A stretch of DNA of 64,000 nt from Neoechinorhynchus agilis (lineage: Eukaryota; Animalia; Acanthocephala), in NCBI GenBank assembly GCA_051530055.1, contig CM121341.1, positions 12,192,784-12,256,783 of the forward strand, given 5' to 3'. A model generated the notes under the pieces. The model had not been told where the DNA came from. It ran no database searches and worked only from the letters and a program-made list of their open reading frames with translations. Positions within the stretch are counted from its first letter, which is position 1; every line of letters begins with the position of its first letter. Of this stretch, positions 49,461 through 61,555 are shown piece after piece. A program made the position numbers and the translations under genes.

Positions 49461-52400
49461 AGAAACAAAATTTGATAAATCATGCGGCCAAAAAAATCAA
49501 GTAGAATTCGCACAAGAATTTAGGTCTTAAAGATTTTGTTATTGAAAATGGACACCTGGGCGGAATGTTGTAATAATAAAGAAAAAGATCTTTATTTCTG
49601 AGAGTTTTACCCGCGCTAAAAGCTAACAAGCAATTCCCAAGGAAGCCGTAAAACAGCGGAAGCTCTCGCATATAAAGATTTTCGTTTTATCATTACAACA
49701 TCCCGCCAATTGTCCATTTTTTAAAACAAAGTTTGATAAATCATGCGGCAAAAAAAATCAAGTAGAATTCGCACAAGAATTTAGGTCTTAAAGATTTTGT
49801 TATCGAAAATGGACACTTGGACGGAATGTTGTAATGGAAAAAAGATCTTTATTTCTGAGAGTTTTACCCGTGCTAAAAGCTAACAAGCAATTCCCAAGGA
49901 AGCCGTAAAACAGCGGAAGCTCTCGCATATAAAGATTTTCTTTTTATCATTACAACATTTCGCACAATTGTCCATTTTTTAAAAAAATTTGACAAATCAT
50001 GCGGCCAAAAAAATCAAGTAGAATTCGCACAAGAATTTAGGTCTTAAAGATTTTGTTATCGAAAATGGACACTTGGACGGAATGTTGTAATGGAAAAAAA
50101 GATCTTTATTTCTGAGAGTTTTACCCGTGCTAAAAGCTAACAAGCAATTCCCAAGGAAGCTGTAAAACAGCGGAAGCTCTCGCATATAAAGATTTTCTTT
50201 TTATCATTACAACATTTCGCACAATTGTCCATTTTTTAAAACAAAATTTGATAAATCATGCGGCCAAAAAAATCAAGTAGAATTCGCACAAGAATTTAGG
50301 TCTTAAAGATTTTGTTATCGAAAATGGACACTTGGACGGAATGTTGCAATGGAAAAAAAGATCTTTATTTCTGAGAGTTTTACCCGTGCTAAAAACTAAC
50401 AAGCAATTCCCAAGGAAGCCGTAAAACAGCGGAAGCTCTCGCATATAAAAATTTTCTTTTTATCATTACAACATCCCGATCAATTGTCCATTTTTTAAAA
50501 CAAAATTTGATAAATCATGCGGCCAAAAAAATCAAGTAGAATTCGCACAAGAATTTAGGTCTTAAAGATTTTGTTATCGAAAAAATGGAAACTCATGGAA
50601 TGTTGTAATGATAAAGAAAAAGATCTTTATTTCTGAGAGTTTTACCCGTGCTAAAAACTAACAAGCAATTCCCAAGGAAGCCGTAAAACAGCGGAAGCTC
50701 TCGCATATAAAGATTTTCTTTATCATAACAACATCCCGATCAATTGTTCATTTTTTAAAACAAAATTTGATAAATCATGCGGCCAAAAAATCAAGTAGAA
50801 TTCGCACAAGAATTTAGGTCTTAAAGATTTTGTTATCGAAAATGGACACTTGGATTTGAATGTTGTAATGGAAAAAAAGATCTTTATTTCCGGGAGTTTT
50901 ACCCGTGCTAAAAGCTAACAAGCAATTCCCAAGGAAGCCGTAAAAACAGCGGAAGCTCTCGCATATAAAGATTTTCTTTTTATCATTACAACATTTCGCA
51001 CAATTGTCCATTTTTTAAAACAAAATTTGATAAATCATGCGGCAAAAAAATCAAGTAGAATTCGCACAAGAATTTAGGTCTTAAAGATTTTGTTATCGAA
51101 AATGGAAACCTGGGCGGAATGTTGTAATGATAAAGAAAAAATCTTCATTTCCGGGAGTTTTACCCGTGCTAAAAGCTAACAAGCAATTCCCAAGGAAATA
51201 AAATGAAGTGCTCTTTTATAAAGATTTTCTTTATCATTACAACATCCCGATCAATTGTCCATTTTTTAAAACAAAATTTGATAAATCATGCGGCCAAAAA
51301 TCAAGTAGAATTCGCAGAAGAATTTAGGTCTTAAAGATTTTGTTATCGAAAATGGACACTTGGACGGAATGTTGTGGCATTGGAAAAAAAGATCTTTATT
51401 TCTAAGAGTTTTACCCGTGCTAAAAACTAACAAGCAATTCCCAAGGAAGCCTTAAGACAGCGGAAGCTCTCGCATATAAAGATTTTCTTTTTATCATTAC
51501 AACATTTCGCACAATTGTCCATTTTTTAAAACAAAATTTGATAAATCATGCGGCCAAAAAATCAAGTAGAATTCGCACAAGAATTAGGTCTTAAAGATTT
51601 TGTTATCGAAATGGACACTGGACGGAATGTTGTAATGGAAAAAAAAGATCTTTATTTCCGAGAGTTTTTTACCTGTGCTAAAAGCCGGAGCATTGCACCC
51701 AAGGAAGCTGTAAACAGCGGAAGCTCTCGCATATAAAGATTTTCTTTATCATTACAACATTTCGCACAATTGTCCATTTTTAAAACAAAATTTGATAAAT
51801 CATGCGGCCAAAAATCAAGTAGAATTCGCACAAGAATTTAGGTCTTAAAGATTTTGTTATCGAAAATGGACACTTGGACGGAATGTTGTAATGGAAAAAA
51901 AGATCTTTATTTCCGAGAGTTTTAGCCGTGCAAAAAACTAACAAGCAATTCCCAAGGAAGCCGTAAAACAGCGGAAGCTCTCGCATATAAAGATTTTCTT
52001 TTTATCATAACAACATCCTGATCAATTGTCCATTTTTTAAAACAAAATTTGATAAATCATGCGGCCAAAAAAATCAAGTAGAATTCGCACAAGAATTTAG
52101 GTCTTAAAGATTTTGTTATCGAAAATGGACATTTGGGCGGAATGTTGTAATGATAAAGAAAAAATCTTCAATTCCGAGAGTTTTAGCCGTGCAAAAAACT
52201 AACAAGCAATTCCCAAGGAAGCCGTAAAACAGCGGAAGCTCTCGCATATAAGGATTTTCTTTTTATCATTACAACATCCCGATCAATTGTCCATTTTTTA
52301 AAACAAAATTTGATAAATCACGCGGCCAAAAAAATCAAGTAGAATTCGCACAAGAATTTAGGTCTTAAAGATTTTGTTATCGAAAATGGACACCTGGGCG

Positions 52401-55023
52401 GAATGTTGTAATGGAAAAAAAGATCTTTATTTCCGGGAGTTTTACCCGTGCTAAAAGCTAACAAGCAATTCCCAAGGAAGCCTTAAGACAGCGGAAGCTC
52501 TCGCATATAAAGATTTTCTTTTTATCATTACAACATTTCGCACAATTGTCCATTTTTTAAAAAAAATTGATAAATCATGCGGCCAAAAAATCAAGTAGAA
52601 TTCGCACAAGAATTTAGGTCTTAAAGATTTTGTTATCGAAAATGGACACTTGGACGGAATGTTGTAATGGAAAAAAAGATCTTTATTTCCGGGAGTTTTA
52701 CCCGTGCTAAAAGCTAACAAGCAATTCCCAAGGAAGCCGTAAAACAGCGGAAGCTCTCGCATATAAAGATTTTCTTTTTATCATTACAACATCCCGATCA
52801 ATTGTCCATTTTTTAAAACAAAATTTGATAAATCATGCGGCCAAAAAAATCAAGTAGAATTCGCAGAAGAATTTAGGTCTTAAAGATTTTGTTATCGAAA
52901 ATGGACACTTGGACGGAATGTTGTAATGGAAAAAAAGATCTTTATTTCTGAGAGTTTTACCCGTGCTAAAAACTAACAAGCAATTCCCAAGGAAGCCGTA
53001 AAACAGCGGAAGCTCTCGCATATAAAGATTTTCTTTATCATTACAACATTTCGCACAATTGTCCATTTTTTAAAAAAAATTGATAAATCATGCGGCCAAA
53101 AAAATCAAGTAGAATTCGCACAAGAATTTAGGTCTTAAAGATTTTGTTATCGAAAATGGACAGTTGGACGGAATGTTGTAATGGAAAAAAAGATCTTTAT
53201 TTCTGAGAGTTTTACCCGTGCTAAAAACTAACAAGCAATTCCCAAGAAAGCCGTAAAACAGCGGAAGCTCTCGCATATAAGGATTTTCTTTTTATCATTA
53301 CAACATCCCGATCAATTGTCCATTTTTTAAAACAAAATTTGATAAATCATGCGGCCAAAAAAATCAAGTAGAATTCGCACAAGAATTTAGGTCTTAAAGA
53401 TTTTGTTATCGAAAATGGAAACCTGGGCGGAATGTTGTAATGATAAAGAAAAAGATCTTTATTTCTGAGAGTTTTACCCGTGCTAAAAACTAACAAGCAA
53501 TTCCCAAGGAAGCCGTAAAACAGCGGAAGCTCTCGCATATAAAGATTTTCTTTTTATCATAACAACATCCCGATCAATTGTCCATTTTTTAAAACAAAAT
53601 TTGATAAATCATGCGGCCAAAAAAATCAAGTAGAATTCGCACAAGAATTTAGGTCTTAAAGATTTTGTTATCGAAAATGGACACTTGGACGGAATGTTGT
53701 AATGGAAAAAAAGATCTTTATTTATGAGAGTTTTACCCGTGCTAAAAACTAACAAGCAATTCCCAAGGAAGCTGTAAAACAGCGGAAGCTCTCGCATATA
53801 AAGATTTTTTTTTATCATTACAACATTTCGCACAATTGTCCATTTTTTAAAAAAATTTAAAAATTGATAAATCATGCGGCCAAAAAATCAAGTAGAATTC
53901 GCACAATAATTTAGGTCTTAAAGATAGATTTTGTTATCGAAAAGGACACAATTTGACGAATGTTGTAATGGAAAAAAGATCTTTATTTCCGGGAGTTTTA
54001 CCCGTGCTAAAAGCTAACAAGCAATTCCCAAGGAAGCCGTAAAACAGCGGAAGCTCTCGCATATAAGGATTTTCTTTTTATCATTACAACATCCCGATCA
54101 ATTGTCCATTTTTTAAAAAAATTTGACAAATCATGCGGCCAAAAAAATCAAGTAGAATTCGCACAAGAATTTAGGTCTTAAAGATTTTGTTATCGAAAAT
54201 GGACACTTGGACGGAATGTTGTAATGGAAAAAAAGATCTTTATTTCCGGGAGTTTTACCCGTGCTAAAAGCTAACAAGCAATTCCCAAGGAAGCCGTAAA
54301 ACAGCGGAAGCTCTCGCATATAAGGATTTTCTTTTTATCATTACAACATCCCGATCAATTGTCCATTTTTTAAAAAAATTTGACAAATCATGCGGCCAAA
54401 AAAATCAAGTAGAATTCGCACAAGAATTTAGGTCTTAAAGATTTTGTTATCGAAAAATGGACACTTGGACGGAATGTTGCAATGGAAAAAAAGATCTTTA
54501 TTTCTGAGAGTTTTACCGGTGCTAAAAACTAACAAGAATTCCTACAAGTTGGGAACAGTAGCTCTCGCATATAAAGATTTTTTTTATCATTACAACATCC
54601 CGATCAATTGTCCATTTTTAAAAACAAAATTATAAATCATGCGGCCAAAAATCAAGTAGAATTCGCACAAGAATTTAGGTCTTAAAGATTTTGTTATCGA
54701 AAATGGACACTTGGACGGAATGTTGTAATGGAAAAAAAGATCTTTATTTCTGAGAGTATTACCCGTGCTAAAAACTAACAAGCAATTCCCAAGAAAGCCG
54801 TAAAACAGCGGAAGCTCTCGCATATAAGGATTTTCTTTTTATCATTACAACATCCCGATCAATTGTCCATTTTTTAAAACAAAATTTGATAAATCATGCG
54901 GCCAAAAAAATCAAGTAGAATTCGCACAAGAATTTAGGTCTTAAAGATTTTGTTATCGAAAATGGACACTTGGACGGAATGTTGTAATGGAAAAAAAGAT
55001 CTTTATATCCGAGAGTTTTAGCC
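49461..55023. repeat. Satellite array, ~258-bp monomer, 21 full copies plus one half
   Basis: CA(T/C)GCGGC unit starts at 49481, 49742, 49998, 50257 ... 54638, 54894 (22 starts; mean period 257.8 bp); variants include CTTGGACGG/CCTGGGCGG and TTCGCAC/CCCGATC. Confidence 0.97.
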
Positions 55024-55201
55024 TTGTGCTTTTTGAAAATCGAGCGCCGAAATACGTCCAAAATTAAGATATGACCACGATTTCGTGCCATTCCGAGTCG
55101 ATACGCGACGTTGGCCTCGCGCCGAATTCGCGATAGAAAATTGAAAAACGAAAAGGTGACAACAAATAAAATATATTTTATTGCTATATTTCGCGAGGTG
55201 C

Positions 55202-55798
55202 AGAAAGTCGAGATTCAAACTCTAGAAATGTTCGCTCTGGAGCAGCATTTTAGGATGATGAATAATAAACGAAGGCTTCCTCTTTCTAAAAAAATTTATT
55301 AAGGGATGTTAAAAGCAGAGAGAGCGACGAGGCTATTTAAATGCTTAAAACCGTTGTAGTTTTAAAAAAACAAGAAAGTTCTTTTTCAAGAAAAAGATGT
55401 GACGTCACTAACCGTGCCGATCTGGGCTAAAAAGTAGGACACGAACGAATTATTTTTCATTGTTTGATCACTTCGTTTATTGCCGATCATCGGATTTGTT
55501 GTTTGACTTTGTCCATTATTCAGTTAGCGTCATTGGTGATTTGCGATTCGTTTCGTTAATTGTTCGTATTGTGGAGAAAGTCGAGATTCAAACTCTAGAA
55601 ATGTTCGCTCTGGAGCAGCATTTTAAGCTGATGAAAAATAAGCGAAGGCTTCCTCTTTCCGACTAAATTTACTCGGGGATGTTAAAAACAGAGAGAGAGA
55701 GCGACGAGGCTATTTAAATGCTTAAAACCGCAGTAGTTTTAAAAAAATAAGAAAGTTCTTTTTCAAGAAAAAGACGTGACGTCACCTACTGTGCCGAT
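55202..55798. repeat. ~220-bp direct repeat pair (55202-55421, 55575-55798)
   Basis: Both run AGAAAGTCGAGATTCAAAC..GTGACGTCAC..GTGCCGAT. Confidence 0.9.
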
Positions 55799-56114
55799 GT
55801 AATTGGTTTGGCTTTATGCCTAAAAATAGGCCGGACAAGAAGGGACAAATAAAAATTTATTGATGAAAACGAAACCGGCTTGTCAGTAAAGCTTAAAATA
55901 GGTTATTTTTGCGATTCGTCTGGTCATTTGTTCGTATTCTGCCAGTGGAACTATATTTTCGGTGAGGAGCTCCTTTAATTTTTTCCCACAATTTCAATCG
56001 GCTATTCGACATGATCGGTCTTTTCATTTTTTCCTGTACGATAGTCTCCCTTTTTCCACGTCATTGATTAGTTAATGAATTTCATCAACGTCTAACTTGA
56101 CGTTTTCTTTATGG

Positions 56115-56898
56115 TACGAAATATCAGTTTTAACGTTTCGCCACGATCAAAGGTTTGCGAATTAATCGATAATAAACCATCATATTTAAAGGATACGATA
56201 GCTAGCGATTGTAGGACGGACAGGCTCTGGAAAAAGCTCAATTCTGAACATGATAGAAAGAATGGGTATCGTGGAAGGGATCGTTATTTTGGATGGAGTG
56301 GATACATCGCTGTTAAATTTAAGAGAACTGCGACGGAAAATATGTATAATTCCTCAGGTGATCTTTTCAAACACCAAATTCGAGACAAGGTCGCTAATAA
56401 TATTTTAGAAACCAATATTCATCAGTGGAACCTTAAGAGACAATCTTGACACTTTCAAAGAGGTCAGTGATGAATACATATGGACTATTCTTAAAAGCGT
56501 ATGGATCAAAAAACGAAGTTCGAATCCATTTCTCCGCGCTTAGGTACAAATGGACGAAGTAATAAAGCGAATTGTTGGCGACGAAGGATTGGACGGTTTT
56601 GTGCGTGGATCCGGTTTCGGGGAACGCTTCAGTTTCGGACAACTTCAACTTCTCAGTATGGCTCGTGCAATCATTCGAAAAAGAAAACTTGTTATCATGG
56701 ACGAGGCCACATCTAATCTGGAAGCTGAAACCGAAAAAATAATTCAAAGAGTTATTAGACACGAATTAGGTCATTGATGAAGGTCGAATCGTGGAAATCG
56801 GAAATCCTGTCGAATTAGCAATGAACAAAGCGTCGAGGTTCAGAATGTTAGTCATCGAGGACGGTCTTCGTCCAGAAAGACTGTATCAATCCTTCTGA
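56115..56898 (+). pseudogene. Inverted partial copy of ABCC NBD2 including the terminal exon but lacking the H-loop segment
   Basis: Introns of 49, 51 and 45 nt restore SK-LAIVGRTGSGKS, IPQ-KPIFISGTLRDNLD, FSFGQ, MDEATS; deletion at 56767/56768; last exon VIDEGRIVEIGNP..TGA 56770-56898. Confidence 0.85.
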
Positions 56899-57063
56899 AA
56901 GCTCAAACGCCATAAAAACTAAAGTACCACCGCTGTTCATTATTTTTCTTAAGCATCACATTTTGTTCTTTAAAAGTAAGCAGTCCATGTTTATTAGAAG
57001 GATGAGATTAGCTTTCAGTTTTACGGAGACGTTACACACTTCATCCACAAAAAAATCACTGAC

Positions 57064-58020
57064 CATAACATCGTCATAATCGATTATTGTTTTTATGTGA
57101 TGAGCGATTGTTATGACGGTACATTCAGAGAATTCGTGTCTAATAACTCTTTGAATTATTTTTTCTGTTTCAGCTTCCAGATTAGATGTGGCTTCGTCCA
57201 TGATAACAAGTTTTCTTTTTCGAATGATTGCACGAGCCATACTGAGAAGTTGAAGTTGTCCGAAACTGAAGTGTTCCTCGAAACCGGATCCACGCACAAA
57301 ACCGTCCAATCCTTCGTCGCCAACAATTCGCTTTATTACTTCGTCCATTTGTACCTAAGCGCGGAGAAATGGATTCGAACTTCGTTTTTTAGATCCATAC
57401 GCTTTTAAGAATAGTCCATATGTATTCATCGCTGACCTCTTTGAAAGTGTCAAGATTGTCTCTTAAGGTTCCACTGATGAATATTGGTTTCTAAAATATT
57501 ATTAGCGACTTTGTCTCGAATTTGGTGTTTGAAAAGATCACCTGAGGAATTATACATATTCTCCGTCGCAATTCTCTTAAATTTAACAGCGATGTATCCA
57601 CTCCATCCAAAATAACGATCCCTTCCACGATACCCATTCTTTCTATCATGTTCAGAATGGAGCTTTTTCCAGAGCCTGTCCGTCCTACAATCGCTAGCTA
57701 TCGTATCCTTTAAATATGATGGTTTATTATCGATTAATTCGCAAACCTTTGATCGTGGCGAAACGTTAAAACTAATATTTCGTAGAACATATTCCTTATT
57801 TAAAGAATACTTGAACGAGACTTTTTCAACGTGCAAATCTCCGTCCGTCGGCCAAGAAGGATCCACGCTTTCCTTCTCGCTTAATTGGTTTTCGTTCGGT
57901 TTTAAGGTTAAGAAGTCTGCCATTTGTTCAAAAGAAACCAACTGGAGAATAGGAAATGTTATAAGCAAAAGAATAGCTATTTTACAGACTCACCATGTTT
58001 ACTGCATTCGTTGCCGCCGC
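57064..58020 (-). CDS. ABCC linker and NBD2 exons (57941-57747, 57697-57542, 57490-57401, 57354-57064), no terminal exon on this strand
   Basis: LVSFEQ..SWPTDG..VLRNISF; GRTGSGKS; FSFGQLQLLSMARA; IMDEATS; TVITIAH; all phase-0 GT-AG introns of 46-52 nt; no lesions in the exons. Confidence 0.85.
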
Positions 58021-58106
58021 TCCACAGCCGGTCCGTCCTACAATCGCTAGCTATCGTATCCTTTAAATATGATGGTTTATTATCGATTAATTCGCAAACC
58101 TTTGAT
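58021..58106 (-). pseudogene. Third short copy of the NBD2 intron and Walker A start
   Basis: ATCAAAG-GTTTGCG..GATAG-CTAGCGATTGTAGGACGGAC duplicates the segment at ~57678-57753. Confidence 0.85.
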
Positions 58107-58424
58107 ACTCCGAACCTCTACCAAAGTTTTTCTCATAAAAAAGCAGATCTTCGCCTAAAAAGATGACGATCTTGGGTTCCCGAGTCAAATGAAAACTCAT
58201 ATTGTGTGTGCGTGAGTTTGTGACCTTTTTTTACATTCAAATTGATAATGACTGATTTAATCAGTTCAAATATATATGATTGACTTTAACGATCCCCTCA
58301 AAATAATAAATTTTAATGATCTATTTTTCACTCGTGTTACTTTAGCTAAATCAAAATTAAGAAACAATTCATAAGAACCATTTTGTAAAAAACGAGAATT
58401 CTATTTCCATTATTTTTATCATAC

Positions 58425-60562
58425 CTTTCCGTTTCCATTCTCTCCAGTGATCACGACAAACTCATTCTTGGACACTGTCAGGTCGAAAATATATTTTTCG
58501 TCCTTAATGAATAGGACTTTAATAGCTAAAAAAAGACATATTAAGTATGTACATCATCCCACGCCGCACAGACGGCTTTCATCTCTAGACTGTATTTGAT
58601 TTCCGATTGAAGACGGTGAAATTTCTTTTCAATTGCTTCTTTGTATATTATTGGCTGTAGCACAATTAAACGTAATGTAATTTTTACTTTAAATGACTAA
58701 CCTTGATTCTTGAATCGAATGCTAGGAGCTTGTTAATACTCGCGAATGCATTTTGGGAATCATTCAACAGTCCACTATCAAGCTCGCGAATAGCCGAAAT
58801 CAAACTGAAGATTGACGCTGAACTCGGCAATCTCGAGTAAGCCTTGTGAAAAACTATTATAACTATTAAAATCCCGAATCGGGATAATATGTTTCGACAT
58901 GCTGGTATTGGCGATAGGATCATAGTAAGTAAAAGAATCAATCGAAGTTCCTTCCTGTAGATTAAAAAGCAATGTATGAAAAATTGTAATAAAATTAAGA
59001 TTACCTTCGTAGCGATTCAATTATTTTAACCATAATATTATCCAGTGCAGTGCTCTTGAGCGTATCAATAGAGGATACAAAATTAGCTACTTCTTTTGTT
59101 CGAATATCGCTTTTATATCTAATTTTAAGGCTGAAATGATTTTTAAGCATATTTTCTACTAAGGAAAGTGAACAAAAGAAATTTTTAAACAAAATCGCGA
59201 TGCTCAAACATGATGTTTTTCACAATAAATATAATTGCACTGATAATAGGGAAGGAGGACAATCTAAAGAAACCTAGAACTTCTGAATTTCAGGACTCTT
59301 TCAGATTATAAGTTCTGTGAGATTTAATATTATTGGATGAATCCAAAGCCACAGTTTCGAATTCACTGAAAATTTTTGTGAGCGATATTAAGCAGGTCCA
59401 TCTCAATTTATCTAAGATTCCATCTAGTGGCTTAGTAGATGAGAAACTAAAAAAATAACCACCTTCGATTTTAAGTGCAGTTGAAATTGAATAATTTTTT
59501 CATAAATGCTTCGACCTTATTGAGTTCAACGATTATAGTGCACTAGTAATTTTACGCAACCACTCAGATGAGATGTTCAATGAGGTTTGTCTTTATGATA
59601 TTTAATTCGAACTTCAATTAATAGAGAGTACTTACACAATATGGTTTACCAGTCGTCCAATCAGCGGTGAAAGTGATCCAATTAAGAAAATAAACGATAC
59701 TGCAATTAGACCGATAGAACCCATAATCGCATAGCATGTTCCAAGAGTTACGCCAATGATCAACGGTACAATGACTAGCAGCGCCGAATAGTAGATTGAT
59801 CTATCGATAACGTTGCTTTCATTGCTTATCATGTTGAATATTCGATTGTACGATTTTTGTTTGAAGTTGCTATTAAGTAACTATACGGTCCATTCTTAAA
59901 TTATGAACGAAAAAACTGGGGTACCTTCAGAAAAACCCGATTCCAAGTGTACACACGTAAAGATATTCCCATTTTTTGAAGTTCGAAAGCCGCAAATAAG
60001 TATGAAAAGGCGTAGAAAAACCTTATGCCAAAAATCGAGATGTTAAAGACGTTGGCCAACATTTTCGAGGTTTTCATCGCAACCAAGAGTTTCTTGACGA
60101 GGATTGCTTCGGTAACACTCATTGCTTTCTGAAGTTCAGGAAAGTTTTAAATGAAATGCACAATAAAAAAAATGAAGCACAAACCACAATGCACAATGAT
60201 ATTGATAACAGGGTGTATTTCAGCCAATAACCTCTACAGTAAGACCATAGAATTCCATTTCTACTCTCGCTTGAAAGCGTCCTAAAGGAATTTCATATTT
60301 CGTATCTGTTTGTTTCTAACATACGTTCGTAATTTTTCGCATATAAATTCAGACGAGACTTTTCTAGTGACTTTTGGGATATCATCGCTAGACAAACCCG
60401 GTTTCCTGGCTTTCTTGACAAGATTGTTCACGTAGCTAAACGACGAGATTAGTTTGCACCAGTAAAAATTCGGTTTCTAAAATCAAACCTGTACGTAAGT
60501 TTCGATGCAAAACCCGAATGATCGTCAGGATTCGCTTCACGTAATCTCGATATCGGGAGCAT
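58425..60562 (-). CDS. ABCC4-like (short ABCC, no TMD0) transporter 5' half: lasso, TMD1, NBD1 to Walker A; 9 exons, 430 codons
   Basis: Exons 60562-60489, 60435-60325, 60281-60185, 60128-59925, 59880-59636, 59130-59005, 58954-58702, 58654-58553, 58502-58425 splice in frame without stops (introns 53, 43, 56, 44, 505, 50, 47, 50 nt): NPDDHSGFASKLTYSYVNNLV, YWLKY, GISLR, NMISNE, SDIRTK..IESLRRKEL, AWDD..VITGENGNGK. Confidence 0.85.
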
Positions 60563-60850
60563 TATTAACGCGCTCGTCTTGATCGTGTTCCTTTCAACTG
60601 ATCCGCCTTCATAGCTCGACTTTTATACCTTGAGTATATTTTGTAGACAATCATCGATGAACTAAACTAAGCGAGTATCGAAAACAAGCCCAAAAAGAGA
60701 CGAACAAAGTGTGATGGTTCAAAACATCTACCCTGTATTGGTAAAGCTCGGTTCAGACGTATGATTTCGGCGTAGTATCGCTTAAATCAAGTATTAAGGC
60801 GAATTGTTTTCATATAGTGGAAAAATTAACGAAATTCATTAGGTTCGATC

Positions 60851-61259
60851 GATATTTTTTATTATTCCATACACGGCCGAATGGGTACCCGCAGTCCACC
60901 GATTTCGGTCTGGGAAGCGCTGGTCTGCGCTCAATGCCCCCCAAGACCGTACGGTAAAAATGTTTGTAAGAATCCCTCTGGATTCTCAGATACCTATCAC
61001 GGAGGCGATACTCATCAGCGAATTTCCTCCCTTCCGCGAGGTATTTCGTCCCCTTTAATTGTGGCGTCATCGGTGGCAACGGATTCGAAACCGTTGACCC
61101 TTAACTGGGACTCGGAGCATTAGTCCACTTAATCCAGAGGGATTCTTACAAACTTATAACCGTGCGGTTTTGGGGCACTAAGCGTCGACCAGCGTTTCCC
61201 AGACCGAAATCGGTGGACCTTGTGTCCATTCGGCCGTGTATGGAATAATAAAAAATATC
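60851..61259. repeat. Fold-back element: ~130-bp imperfect inverted repeats (60851-60984 / 61131-61259) around a 146-bp core
   Basis: GATATTTTTTATTATTCCATACACGGCCGAATGG and GTTTGTAAGAATCCCTCTGGATT are perfectly mirrored. Confidence 0.92.
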
Positions 61260-61279
61260 TATAAAAAGACTACCGGCTG

Positions 61280-61342
61280 ATGTGGCGGTGGGGAAAAAAT
61301 TATATCAAAGAATGAGATATAATTTTTTTCCCACCGCCACAT
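61280..61342. repeat. 63-nt hairpin, 26/27-bp stem, 9-nt loop
   Basis: ATGTGGCGGTGGGGAAAAAATTATATC-AAAGAATGA-GATATAATTTTTTTCCCACCGCCACAT. Confidence 0.92.
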
Positions 61343-61398
61343 ACTTATGGATTTTATCTTTAACTACCGACTGAGCTACATATAAAAATTCTTTATAA

Positions 61399-61474
61399 GG
61401 TTCGATATTTCGACACAATCTTGTGCATAAAACAACCTTGATAAACGTGAAATATTGTGCCGAAATGTCGAACC
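61399..61474. mobile_element. 76-bp Tourist-like (PIF/Harbinger) MITE
   Basis: 21-bp TIRs GGTTCGATATTTCGACACAAT / ATTGTGCCGAAATGTCGAACC (19/21 match) flanked by TAA (61396-61398, 61475-61477). Confidence 0.6.
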
Positions 61475-61555
61475 TAATTAATTACTTTAATTTTTTGCGA
61501 TATAAAAACATGAATAATTAATCATAGATGGAAAATAATACGGGATAACCTAGCT

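Noticed and set aside
49461-55023. CRISPR array, and the repeated MRELPLFYG.. ORFs
   Set aside because: Whole monomers repeat with no unique spacers, there are no cas genes and the context is eukaryotic; frequent homopolymer indels shift the ORFs between copies.
60985-61060. Hammerhead ribozyme (GACGAAA and CTGATGAG on the minus strand)
   Set aside because: The order and spacing leave no room for stems I and III, and stem II has only 2 good pairs; the alternative pairing lacks C-GAAA.
61070-61100. tRNA T-arm-like GGATTCGAAACC
   Set aside because: The loop is 8 nt and no D-arm, anticodon arm or acceptor stem could be built.
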